64,000 bases of DNA from Tissierellales bacterium. GTDB lineage: Bacteria; Bacillota; Clostridia; Tissierellales; JASKZW01. How positions within the stretch are numbered: position 1 is the first letter of the stretch; each line of letters opens with the position of its first letter. Below the pieces are notes generated by a model that searched no databases, was not told the DNA's origin, and saw only the letters and a program-made list of their open reading frames with translations. Below are positions 9,633 through 18,413 of the stretch, in pieces. Made by a program: the position numbers and the translations under genes. The DNA is taken from contig JASLIL010000018.1 in the NCBI GenBank assembly GCA_030152145.1, positions 5,100 to 69,099 of the forward strand, given 5' to 3'.

Positions 9633-10571
9633 ATGGCAAATGTGAATGAAAACACAAAAAACATTTCAAAAGATATGTTTAGACGTGTTGGAGTAGATGA
9701 GACAGACTCAGAAAGACTAGATAAACCTTCACTTACATATTGGGCAGACGTTTGGAGAAGGTTTAAGGAAAATAAACTTGCCATGTTTGGTTTAATTCTA
9801 TTAACATTAGTTGTAATAACTATATTTGTAGGACCAACATTAGCGGGTAAAGATTATCAATACATGGATGCAAGTAAGAAAAACTTAAGACCAACGAGTG
9901 AACATTGGTTTGGTACAGATGATATGGGTAGAGACCTATTTACAAGGGTTTGCTACGGTGGTAGAATTTCTATATTAATAGGTCTACTATGTACTATAGT
10001 AATGTTCGTTGTAGGATCTTTATTAGGAGCATTAGCAGGATTAAAAGGTGGGGTTGTAGATAACCTTATAATGAGATTTACAGAGTTTATAGGTAACTTA
10101 CCTTACTTGATTATAGTAATAATACTTACTATGGTTATGGGAAGAAGTATCTTCTCACTAGTATTTGCCATGAGTATTTTATCCTGGGTAGGAACTACTA
10201 GGATGGTTAGAGGGCAGATACTACAGTTAAAGGAAATGGATTATATTCAAGCAGCAACGGCTTTAGGAGCTGGAACTGGTAGAATAATAATGAAGCATTT
10301 ACTTCCTAATACGCTGGGAATAATAATGGTAACAATAACAATGTCTGTTCCTGGATTTATATTCAGTGAGGCATTCTTAAGCTTTATCGGTCTTGGTGTT
10401 AGACCACCAGAGACAAGCTGGGGAGCATTAGCATCCGGTGGTAAAGAAAGACTTATGTTCCATCCACATATTTTATTTTTCCCAAGTTTGATGATCGTTT
10501 TAACTGTATTAGCATTCCACTTAATCGGTGACGGATTATCAGACGCATTGGATCCAAAATTAAGGGAGTAG
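9633..10571 (+). CDS. peptide ABC transporter permease (OppC/DppC-like)
   Basis: 312 aa with the N-terminal OppC-type extension, HWFGTDDMGRD, and an EAA loop (AATALGAGTGRIIMKHLLPN). Confidence 0.85.
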   Translation: MANVNENTKNISKDMFRRVGVDETDSERLDKPSLTYWADVWRRFKENKLAMFGLILLTLVVITIFVGPTLAGKDYQYMDASKKNLRPTSEHWFGTDDMGRDLFTRVCYGGRISILIGLLCTIVMFVVGSLLGALAGLKGGVVDNLIMRFTEFIGNLPYLIIVIILTMVMGRSIFSLVFAMSILSWVGTTRMVRGQILQLKEMDYIQAATALGAGTGRIIMKHLLPNTLGIIMVTITMSVPGFIFSEAFLSFIGLGVRPPETSWGALASGGKERLMFHPHILFFPSLMIVLTVLAFHLIGDGLSDALDPKLRE

Positions 10572-10581
10572 GTGAATTGTA

Positions 10582-11628
10582 ATGACAAATGAAGATAAAA
10601 TTTTAGAGATAAATAATCTGCATGTATCATTTAAAACATACGCAGGTATTGTTAAAGCAGTTAGAGGTGTAGACTTCCACTTAAACAAGGGGGAAACTCT
10701 TGCTATAGTAGGAGAATCTGGTTGTGGTAAGACTGTAACAGCTAAGGCTATAATGGACTTACTTCCAGTAGAGAATACTATTATTAGTGGAGAAAATGCC
10801 TTTGTTAAATTTAGAGGCAAAAATCTTTTACAATTTAAAGAATCAGAGATGGAAGAAATCAGAGGTAAGAGAATATCAATGATATTCCAAGACCCTATGA
10901 CTTCTTTGAACCCAACTATGAGAGTTGGAGATCAGATAGCTGAAAGTATCTTCATTCATGAAGAGCTTTCTAAAGAAGATGCTAAAAAAGCAGCTCTAAA
11001 GATGCTTAAATTAGTTAATATACCAAATGCAGAGGAAAGAATGAATCAATATCCATTTGAATTCTCAGGCGGTATGAGACAAAGAGTTATGATTGCTATA
11101 GCACTTGCTTGTAACCCAGAAATACTAATAGCAGATGAACCAACTACTGCTCTAGACGTTACAATTCAAGCGCAAATAATGGAACTTATAAAAGAGTTAC
11201 AAATTGAAATGAACACTGGAGTAATACTTGTTACTCACGACCTTGGAGTTGTTGCTAGTGTTGCAGATAGAATTCAGGTAATGTATGCTGGTATGATTCT
11301 TGAAAGAGGAACTACAGATGAAATATTCTATAGTCCAAGACATCCATACACACATGCCTTATTAAGATCTGTACCAAAACTTACAAGTACAAAGCAAGAA
11401 AGATTATATTCACTTGTAGGTACACCACCAGATTTAACAAATCCACCAAAGGGATGTCCTTTTGCGGCTAGATGTGAATATGCTATGCAGGTTTGTAGAG
11501 AAGTCCATCCAGAAACAACTCATTTTAGCTCAACTCATGCTTCAGATTGCTGGTTACACCATCAAGATGCAGACCTAAATGGAGTACCAGAGGAGCTTTT
11601 AGAAAGAGGTGTTGAATATGGAAAATAA
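10582..11628 (+). CDS. peptide ABC transporter ATP-binding protein (OppD-like)
   Basis: Walker A GESGCGKT, signature FSGGMRQR, Walker B ILIADEPTTALD, and an oligopeptide-type C-terminal extension containing Cys residues. Confidence 0.9.
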   Translation: MTNEDKILEINNLHVSFKTYAGIVKAVRGVDFHLNKGETLAIVGESGCGKTVTAKAIMDLLPVENTIISGENAFVKFRGKNLLQFKESEMEEIRGKRISMIFQDPMTSLNPTMRVGDQIAESIFIHEELSKEDAKKAALKMLKLVNIPNAEERMNQYPFEFSGGMRQRVMIAIALACNPEILIADEPTTALDVTIQAQIMELIKELQIEMNTGVILVTHDLGVVASVADRIQVMYAGMILERGTTDEIFYSPRHPYTHALLRSVPKLTSTKQERLYSLVGTPPDLTNPPKGCPFAARCEYAMQVCREVHPETTHFSSTHASDCWLHHQDADLNGVPEELLERGVEYGK

Positions 11629-12607
11629 AGAAAAAGAAGTATTAGTTAGTGTTAAGAATCTGAAAAAATACTTCGAAGTTGGTAGAAATCTATATGTTCA
11701 AGCAGTAGATGATGTTAGCTTTGATATATATAAAGGAGAAACACTAGGACTAGTAGGAGAGTCAGGTTGCGGTAAGACTACTTGTGGTAAAACTGTAATA
11801 GGACTTTATGATGCTACTGAAGGTGAAGTTTTATTTAAGGGTGAAGATGTTCACTCATTAGATAAGAAGGAGAAAAAAGAGTTTACTAAAAAAGCTCAAA
11901 TTATTTTCCAGGACCCTTACGCATCCTTGAACCCAAGAATGACTGTTGGAGATATAATAGGAGAAGGTATAGATATACATCACCTAGCAGAAGGACAAGA
12001 AAGAGAAAATATGATTCTGGATCTTTTAAGAACTGTAGGGCTAAACAAGGAGCATATCTCAAGATTTGCTCATGAGTTCTCAGGTGGACAAAGACAAAGA
12101 ATTGGTATTGCTCGTGCCCTAGCTATACAACCAGACTTTATAGTTTGTGATGAGCCTATATCAGCTCTAGACGTATCTATCCAAGCTCAGGTAGTAAACC
12201 TACTTATGGACTTACAAAAGAAACAAGGATTAACATATTTATTTATTGCCCATGACCTATCAATGGTTAAATACATTTCAGACAGAGTTGGAGTAATGTA
12301 TTTAGGACAGATGGTAGAGTTAACTACAAGTGATGAATTATATGATAATCCACTACACCCATATACAAAAGCTCTAATGTCAGCTATACCAGTAGCAGAC
12401 CCTAAGATTGAAGAGGAAAAACATAGAATTCCTATTAAGGGAGAGATTCCTTCACCAATCAATCCACCAGCTGGATGTAGGTTTAGAAAGCGTTGTAAGT
12501 ATGCAGAGGAAATTTGTAAGACAAATCCAGAGTTTAAAGAACACAAACCAGGCCACTTTGTTGCTTGTCACTTAGTTGGTACAGGTAAAATAGAAGATAA
12601 GTATTAG
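11618..12607 (+). CDS. peptide ABC transporter ATP-binding protein (OppF-like)
   Basis: Walker A GESGCGKTT, signature FSGGQRQR, Walker B FIVCDEPISALD. I prefer the ATG at 11618 (RBS AAGAGG 8 nt upstream) to the track GTG at 11609. It overlaps the oppD-like stop. Confidence 0.9.
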   Translation: MENKEKEVLVSVKNLKKYFEVGRNLYVQAVDDVSFDIYKGETLGLVGESGCGKTTCGKTVIGLYDATEGEVLFKGEDVHSLDKKEKKEFTKKAQIIFQDPYASLNPRMTVGDIIGEGIDIHHLAEGQERENMILDLLRTVGLNKEHISRFAHEFSGGQRQRIGIARALAIQPDFIVCDEPISALDVSIQAQVVNLLMDLQKKQGLTYLFIAHDLSMVKYISDRVGVMYLGQMVELTTSDELYDNPLHPYTKALMSAIPVADPKIEEEKHRIPIKGEIPSPINPPAGCRFRKRCKYAEEICKTNPEFKEHKPGHFVACHLVGTGKIEDKY

Positions 12608-12617
12608 GAGGTAGTTC

Positions 12618-13733
12618 ATGTTACTTAGAGACGGAATTATTCACATAGGGAATGGTCAAGTCTTAGAGGGATATGATATCTTAATTGCTGATTCTAAAAT
12701 AGTTAAAGTAGATAAAAATATTTCTGCAGATAATGTGGAAATTATAGAAATCCAGGGAATGCATGTATTTCCTGGATTTATAGACCCTTTAAGTTCATAC
12801 GGAAGTATGGACTTAACTTTTTCTATGAAGGATAATAATGAAGATACAGATCCTATTCAGAAGGACTTGGAAATAAAATATGCTTTTAACCCAGCGGAGA
12901 TAAAGCTGGAGGGACTGGAAACTGTAGGTATTACAAATATAGGGGCTTCACCTGGAAACTATAATATAATAGGTGGAAACATATCCCTTTATAATACATA
13001 TGAAGAGGAATTTAGAAGGTTCTTAGTAAGGGAAGATCTGGGACTAAAGGGAGCAGCTTCAGAAGTAGTAAAGGATATATTTAAGGAAAAAAATCAAGTT
13101 ATGACTAAGATGGGACTTTTTAAAAGGCTGGAAGACTGGCTACAAGAAAGTAAGAAGGAAGAGGGAAGCCTATCTAAGAAGGTTGTAGAAGGGGAAAAGC
13201 CGCTGTTTATCCATGCAAATACAGAAATGGAGATAAATTCTGTATTAAATGTTTTTAAGGATACAAAGGTTAGGCTAGTTTTACTGGGGGCCTATGAGTT
13301 TCACAAGTGTTTGAAAGCCATAAAGGACTATGGAAATATAGGCTTGATAATAGGTGAGCAAACTAATTTAACAATTAGGGGCTATTATGAAACTCAGTTA
13401 GAGAAGGCTAGAGAACTAACTAGTGAGGGTATACCAGTAAGTCTTACCTTAACAGGAGAGTATGGACCAGAAGGTAAGGTCAAGTATCTTTGGAATGCTA
13501 TAGAGTTTTATAAAAGAGGCCTGGCTTCAGAGGAAGTTATATCCTATATGACTCTTAATCCAGCCAAGATGCTGGGGGTAGATGATATCTTAGGAACTAT
13601 AGAAGAGGGAAAACTAGCTAATATGGTAGTCTATGAAAACAACCCTATTGAAACTTATGATAGTAGATGTAAAAAGACTATTATAAATGGCAAAATAGTA
13701 TATCAGGGAGGTTTTGATAATGCTACTTATTAA
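12618..13733 (+). CDS. amidohydrolase-superfamily paralog with degenerate metal site (probable non-catalytic subunit)
   Basis: It aligns along its length with the ORFs at 13720 and 30881, but the ligand positions are replaced. PGFIDPLSSYG stands in place of the HxH motif, PLFIH in place of PLK-H, IIG in place of LDH, and LTLTG in place of TTDAP. Confidence 0.7.
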   Translation: MLLRDGIIHIGNGQVLEGYDILIADSKIVKVDKNISADNVEIIEIQGMHVFPGFIDPLSSYGSMDLTFSMKDNNEDTDPIQKDLEIKYAFNPAEIKLEGLETVGITNIGASPGNYNIIGGNISLYNTYEEEFRRFLVREDLGLKGAASEVVKDIFKEKNQVMTKMGLFKRLEDWLQESKKEEGSLSKKVVEGEKPLFIHANTEMEINSVLNVFKDTKVRLVLLGAYEFHKCLKAIKDYGNIGLIIGEQTNLTIRGYYETQLEKARELTSEGIPVSLTLTGEYGPEGKVKYLWNAIEFYKRGLASEEVISYMTLNPAKMLGVDDILGTIEEGKLANMVVYENNPIETYDSRCKKTIINGKIVYQGGFDNATY

Positions 13734-14862
13734 GAATACTAAAATCTACACCATGGAAGACAGGGGAATTATTGATGGGGACATTCTGATTGAGGATGGA
13801 AAAATAGTAAGGATAGCTGATAGTATAGATGAGAAGTATGAAAATACTATTGATGGTCAAGGTCTTATAACTATGCCAGGAATAATAGACTGCCACTCTC
13901 ATATAGGTGGTATGATCTTTAAACATGACAGGAGTCATGACTCCAATGAGATGACCAAGAACATAACACCAGATGTAAATATAATATATGGAACAGATCC
14001 CCAATCACCAGACTTTAGGTTTGCCCGTGAAAATGGTATAACAAGTCTGGGAATAACACCAGGTAGCGGTAATGTTATATGTGGTCAGGTTATAGCAAGT
14101 AAAACCTATGGTGATAATATCTTCCAAATGACCATGAAAAATCCAGTAGCTTTAAAGGTTGCTCTGGGAGGAAATCCTAAGGGAACCTATGGCAGTAGAA
14201 AGCAACTTCCTAGTACTAGAATGGGAGTGGCTAAGGTTTTAAGGGACTACCTAAGTGATGGTAGAGAGTATTTAAAAAAGAAGGCTGAGAATAAGGAAGA
14301 CTTTAAGATAGATCCTGAATTTGAAGTACTAGAGCCAGTCTTCAAAAAGGAGATACCACTTAAGATTCACTGTACTCAGTTTGATATATTGACAGCTATT
14401 GAAATAGCTAAGGAGTTTGATCTGGATTTTAGCTTGGATCATGCCTGGGGTGCTGTAGACTATATAGATGAAATAGTTGAAAGCGGCTGTGAGGTTGTCT
14501 ATGGACCAATAGGAAGTAGAAGGATTTTTGGGGAGTTAAGATTAATAGATATAGAAAGCTGTAAAACTCTTCATGAAAAAGGAGTTAGGGTAAGCATAAC
14601 AACAGATGCTCCCTTAAATAGTATAGATAGCTTAATGCATCATCTGGGAGAGGTAGTAAGGGCAGGACTTCCATATACAGAGGCCCTTAAAATGCTAACA
14701 ATAAATCCAGCCAAGGTTCTAAGGCTGGAGGACAGGATTGGTTCTATAAAAGAAGGTAAGGATGGAGATCTTGTAATCTTCAGAGGGCTACCAGCCTATG
14801 AAACGGATGCAAGGGTAGCATATACAATAATAGATGGAAAAATAGTATACAAGGGAGAGTAG
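13720..14862 (+). CDS. amidohydrolase-superfamily metallohydrolase (intact HxH / K-H / DH / D ligand set)
   Basis: It carries IDCHSHIGG, PLKIHCT, SLDHAWG and ITTDAP. The ATG at 13720 has RBS GGGAGG 8 nt upstream and gives MLLIKN, parallel to its paralogs. It overlaps the preceding ORF by 14 nt, suggesting translational coupling. Confidence 0.8.
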   Translation: MLLIKNTKIYTMEDRGIIDGDILIEDGKIVRIADSIDEKYENTIDGQGLITMPGIIDCHSHIGGMIFKHDRSHDSNEMTKNITPDVNIIYGTDPQSPDFRFARENGITSLGITPGSGNVICGQVIASKTYGDNIFQMTMKNPVALKVALGGNPKGTYGSRKQLPSTRMGVAKVLRDYLSDGREYLKKKAENKEDFKIDPEFEVLEPVFKKEIPLKIHCTQFDILTAIEIAKEFDLDFSLDHAWGAVDYIDEIVESGCEVVYGPIGSRRIFGELRLIDIESCKTLHEKGVRVSITTDAPLNSIDSLMHHLGEVVRAGLPYTEALKMLTINPAKVLRLEDRIGSIKEGKDGDLVIFRGLPAYETDARVAYTIIDGKIVYKGE

Positions 14863-14882
14863 TTAAAAGCTACTCTTTTTTT
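14856..14882 (+). terminator. rho-independent terminator closing the transporter/amidohydrolase operon
   Basis: AGAGTAG-ttaaaag-CTACTCT followed by a T7 run; it overlaps the stop codon. Confidence 0.8.
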
Positions 14883-15039
14883 ATAAAAAAAATAAGTCAT
14901 TAAATAGCTTTGATAATTTATCTTTTTATAAAGTTTGACTGGAATAGTAAGAAGATTTAGATTAGTCCACATTCTTAGCTAGAATTGTGGATAGATCTTA
15001 GGAATAGAAAGACTTATTAACAGTATTGGGGGGATTTAC

Positions 15040-17379
15040 TTGAAGAAGAAGTTTATGATTCTTATGGCCTTAGTCCTAATTTTAAGCTCTTGTAGTCAGG
15101 AGGAAAAACAGGAATTAAAGTCAGTGGTGGCCTTAATTAATTTTTCAGACTATAAATTTGAAGAAATAGACAGGCGGGAAGAAGACTTGATCAACAAGTA
15201 TTCTGGCAAGGACTACAACAAAAGTCTTTATCAGTCTATGTTTTTCGGTGAGGACTATTATAAGGGCAGCAATGGAGATGACTATATGACCTTGAGGAAA
15301 TACTATAGGGATCTTTCAGGAGGCAACTTAGATATTACAGGATCTGTTTATGGCTTCTACCAGGGCAGGGAAGAAGCCAGCTATTATGGTGCCAATGTAA
15401 ATGGCCTTTATTCAGATCAAAAGTCAGCTGTAGACCTGGTAATAGAAGCCTGTGAAAATCTAGCAGAAGATAAAAGTCTAGATCTGGCTAACTTTGCAAA
15501 AAACGGAAGAAATATAGACAGCCTTATAGTTATACATCCAGGAATAGGGGAAGAGTGGGGTGGAGGATCCTTGGGAGAAGAGGCAATCTGGCCCTTTAGG
15601 GGAAAGATATCCTGGTTTGAAAATCTAGACTACAGCCATTTAAAAATAAAGGACTATAGGGGTAAAGAATATATTTTTGATGACTTTATAATAGTAAGTC
15701 AAGACCTGGCCCCCTCCCTAATAGCCCATGAATATGGACATATTTTAGGACTTCCAGATCTTTATGGATTTGAGGGCAGTACACCACCTACAGAGTACTG
15801 GTCTCTTATGAGCAGCTCCTATGCAGGCAAGGATGTTTTTGGATCCATGTATATAGATATGGGTGCCTACTGTAGGTATAAACTAGGGGACTATCAGGAT
15901 ATGGAGGGCTTTTATAATTTAAGGGAAATAGACTATAGGGAGCTTAATAAGGCCCTGGAGCTGGAGCTTAGGGAAAGCAACCAGAGAAGTGGGGCTATAG
16001 ACCTAGTAAAGATAAATATGGAGCCTAGAAAACATAGGGAAAAGACTCCCAGCTCAGGAGAATATATGTATGTCTCCCATGGTGGCAGGGACAATAATCA
16101 TATGTCCTTGGACCTGGATTTAAGAGGTATAGTAGACTTAGAGTTAGAAATGGATTTAAGCCTTCATCTTAAGGAAGACTATGACAGCCTTAGCCTTGTT
16201 ATAGAAGATTTGAGAACAGGAGAGAAGGAGGCCTTGGAATCAAGGGAAGGCCAGGCCATGATTAAAAAGCTTAGCCTATTTGATCTATATGGGGAAAAGG
16301 TGGAGATGCAAAAAGCTATTAAGGCTTTTACTGGCATGAAACCAAAGTGGACCAAGTACAGCTTTGATTTGGACAACTATTCTGGCAGAAGGGTTAGGAT
16401 TCACTTTTACCACAGTGCCCTAGAAGAAAATCCGGTTTATATAGATAATATCTGCCTTAAGTCTGAGGGCCAGGAAGTTCTGGTTTTTGACGCTGAGGAG
16501 GATAAAAAAGAAGTAGATTTAGGTGATTTTGAAATAAGTGATGGTAGGACAGAAGAGGAAAGCTACTATCTTTTAGAGTGGAGAAATCCTAGGAAGGGTT
16601 CTATAGATGAGGGTCTAGGATATATAAATAAAAATAGGAAGGGCTTTTCCTATGATCCAGGCCTAGTCATCTGGTATGTAAATGAAAGATTTGATGACTA
16701 TGGCAGGATAGATCAGAATGTATCAGTCTATACAGGTAAGCCTTCTGTAGGAGTAGTAGATAGTGATCAAAATCCACCTCTAGTAATTCAGAAGGGCCAG
16801 GAAGAAAAGGACAAGTCAGCTGTAACTAATATGGCAGATGCAGCCTTTGGCCTGGGAGTCCAGGATTACTATAAGATAAAATTAGGGGATGGACTAGTAG
16901 AAGATAGACATCTTTATAAAAATCCATACTTTAACAGTGGTCTAGACTATAGTAACAGTCATAGTCCTATGCTGGGTATGAAGCTAGATGCTAAGGATCT
17001 GAGGATAAATATAGTTGAGCAGGACAGGAACAATAGCTATGGAAAACTAGTGATTTCCAGGGACCATCTGGAAAAGAAGGGCCAAGAAATTCAGCTTAAG
17101 AGCATAGACTTTATAGCTGATGAGTTGGTAGTAGACCTAGGTAAAAAACCTAGGGATCAATACTATATAGGGCTTATAAATAAGGAGGGTCATAGCCTAA
17201 GACTGGCCCTGGAAATAATAGGAGATAAATTAGTCCTAAACACAGCTAATTCAGAATACTTGAAGGCCTCCTATGACATAGACTATATAGTTTTACTGGA
17301 GGATAGCTATAGGACCATATATAACAAAAAGTTTCATCCTATAGGGCAAGATCTGGAAATAAAAAATAAGTCTAAATAA
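15040..17379 (+). CDS. M6 family metalloprotease lipoprotein (immune inhibitor A-like)
   Basis: Signal peptide with lipobox LSSC and a zinc motif HEYGHILGLPDLY that is characteristic of InhA/M6. At 779 aa it has the family-typical size. The start is TTG, following GGGGGG. Confidence 0.8.
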   Translation: MKKKFMILMALVLILSSCSQEEKQELKSVVALINFSDYKFEEIDRREEDLINKYSGKDYNKSLYQSMFFGEDYYKGSNGDDYMTLRKYYRDLSGGNLDITGSVYGFYQGREEASYYGANVNGLYSDQKSAVDLVIEACENLAEDKSLDLANFAKNGRNIDSLIVIHPGIGEEWGGGSLGEEAIWPFRGKISWFENLDYSHLKIKDYRGKEYIFDDFIIVSQDLAPSLIAHEYGHILGLPDLYGFEGSTPPTEYWSLMSSSYAGKDVFGSMYIDMGAYCRYKLGDYQDMEGFYNLREIDYRELNKALELELRESNQRSGAIDLVKINMEPRKHREKTPSSGEYMYVSHGGRDNNHMSLDLDLRGIVDLELEMDLSLHLKEDYDSLSLVIEDLRTGEKEALESREGQAMIKKLSLFDLYGEKVEMQKAIKAFTGMKPKWTKYSFDLDNYSGRRVRIHFYHSALEENPVYIDNICLKSEGQEVLVFDAEEDKKEVDLGDFEISDGRTEEESYYLLEWRNPRKGSIDEGLGYINKNRKGFSYDPGLVIWYVNERFDDYGRIDQNVSVYTGKPSVGVVDSDQNPPLVIQKGQEEKDKSAVTNMADAAFGLGVQDYYKIKLGDGLVEDRHLYKNPYFNSGLDYSNSHSPMLGMKLDAKDLRINIVEQDRNNSYGKLVISRDHLEKKGQEIQLKSIDFIADELVVDLGKKPRDQYYIGLINKEGHSLRLALEIIGDKLVLNTANSEYLKASYDIDYIVLLEDSYRTIYNKKFHPIGQDLEIKNKSK

Positions 17380-17395
17380 ATTTTATAAGGAAGAA

Positions 17396-17430
17396 AAGCT
17401 CTTAGTTTAAGACTAGGAGCTTATTTTTTT
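17396..17430 (+). terminator. rho-independent terminator
   Basis: AAGCTCTTAG-tttaaga-CTAGGAGCTT (10 bp with one G-U pair) followed by ATTTTTTT. Confidence 0.8.
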
Positions 17431-17478
17431 AGAGAAGCCCAGCCAAGACTGGGTATATTATATTAAAGGAGGGATAGG

Positions 17479-17871
17479 ATGACAGAAGAAAAACAAATGA
17501 CTGACCTTGAAAGGGAAAAGTGTCATAAGATAATACATGGTGTAGCAGCTTCTACAGCAGCAATAGGTGCAGGTCTAGCCCAAGTACCAGGATCTGATAG
17601 TGTGGCCATAGTCCCCCTTCAGATAAGTATGATTATGGGCTTAGGGGAGGTTTTTAATAGGAAGATCACCAAGACATCAGCCAAGGCAATCCTTACAACC
17701 CAGATAGCAACAATAACTGGCAGAAGCCTTTCTCAATTTTTAGTGGGATGGATTCCAGTAGCTGGAAATATAATAAATGCAGCTACAGCAGCCAGTATAA
17801 CAGAGGCCATAGGTTGGGGAGCAGCCAATAGTTTTGCCAAGGAAAGAAACTTAAATGTCTTAGACAGCTAG
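17479..17871 (+). CDS. small DUF697-like membrane-associated protein
   Basis: 130 aa with a Gly/Ala-rich pattern (AASTAAIGAGLAQVPGSD...IPVAGNIINAATAASITEAIGWGA) that resembles the YcjF/DUF697 domain. The assignment is from memory of the family profile. Confidence 0.5.
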   Translation: MTEEKQMTDLEREKCHKIIHGVAASTAAIGAGLAQVPGSDSVAIVPLQISMIMGLGEVFNRKITKTSAKAILTTQIATITGRSLSQFLVGWIPVAGNIINAATAASITEAIGWGAANSFAKERNLNVLDS

Positions 17872-18335
17872 TCCTTAAGTATATAGTTTAGGTTTCGACT
17901 AAAGCCTTGGAAACCTAAATCCTCATAAAATTCAATAGCCCTTTTATTTTTCTCTAGGACAGATAGGGAGATATAATGGGCTTCTTTTTCTTTGGAGAAA
18001 CTTAGGGTCCTGTCCATTAGGGCTCTTCCTATTCCCTGGCCACGATATTTTTCCCTAACTATTAGGTCCATTATGTAGACAGCTTTTCTTTCTATAAATA
18101 CATTAAAATCTACTGTTTTTTCTTCCTTTAGAATTATAAATCCACAAACTTCTCCCCCTAGTTCAGAAAGAAATATACTGTAGCTATCTGACTCAATGCA
18201 GGATTTTATTAACTTTGTATCCTGAATTCCAGCTCTTAGATAGTAGGGTTCCAGCCTACTCATATTTTCAAAAAGCTCCTTGTAAAGCAAGGCTATAGCT
18301 GGAATATCTTTTAAATTTGCAGGTCTTATCTTCAA
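17868..18335 (-). CDS. GNAT family N-acetyltransferase
   Basis: 155 aa with an acetyl-CoA binding motif (REKYRGQGIGRALM) and GNAT beta-alpha topology. Confidence 0.8.
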   Translation of the reverse strand: MKIRPANLKDIPAIALLYKELFENMSRLEPYYLRAGIQDTKLIKSCIESDSYSIFLSELGGEVCGFIILKEEKTVDFNVFIERKAVYIMDLIVREKYRGQGIGRALMDRTLSFSKEKEAHYISLSVLEKNKRAIEFYEDLGFQGFSRNLNYILKD

Positions 18336-18413
18336 GAGATCATCTCCTTTTAATATATTATAATATATAATATAGTTAAATCTAGGCTATTCTTATGAAA
18401 GTAAGGTGAGAAA

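Noticed and set aside
14967-14992. Imperfect inverted repeat TCCACATTC...GAATTGTGGA upstream of the M6 protease gene, considered as an operator.
   Set aside because: The arms are interrupted by an unpaired base and the spacer is not symmetric. It is a single occurrence and I could match it to no known consensus.
17868-17871. The convergent DUF697-like and GNAT genes overlap by 4 nt (CTAG holds both stop codons), with no terminator between them.
   Set aside because: This is a real feature of the sequence, but such tail-to-tail overlaps are common in compact genomes. No functional implication can be drawn from it.
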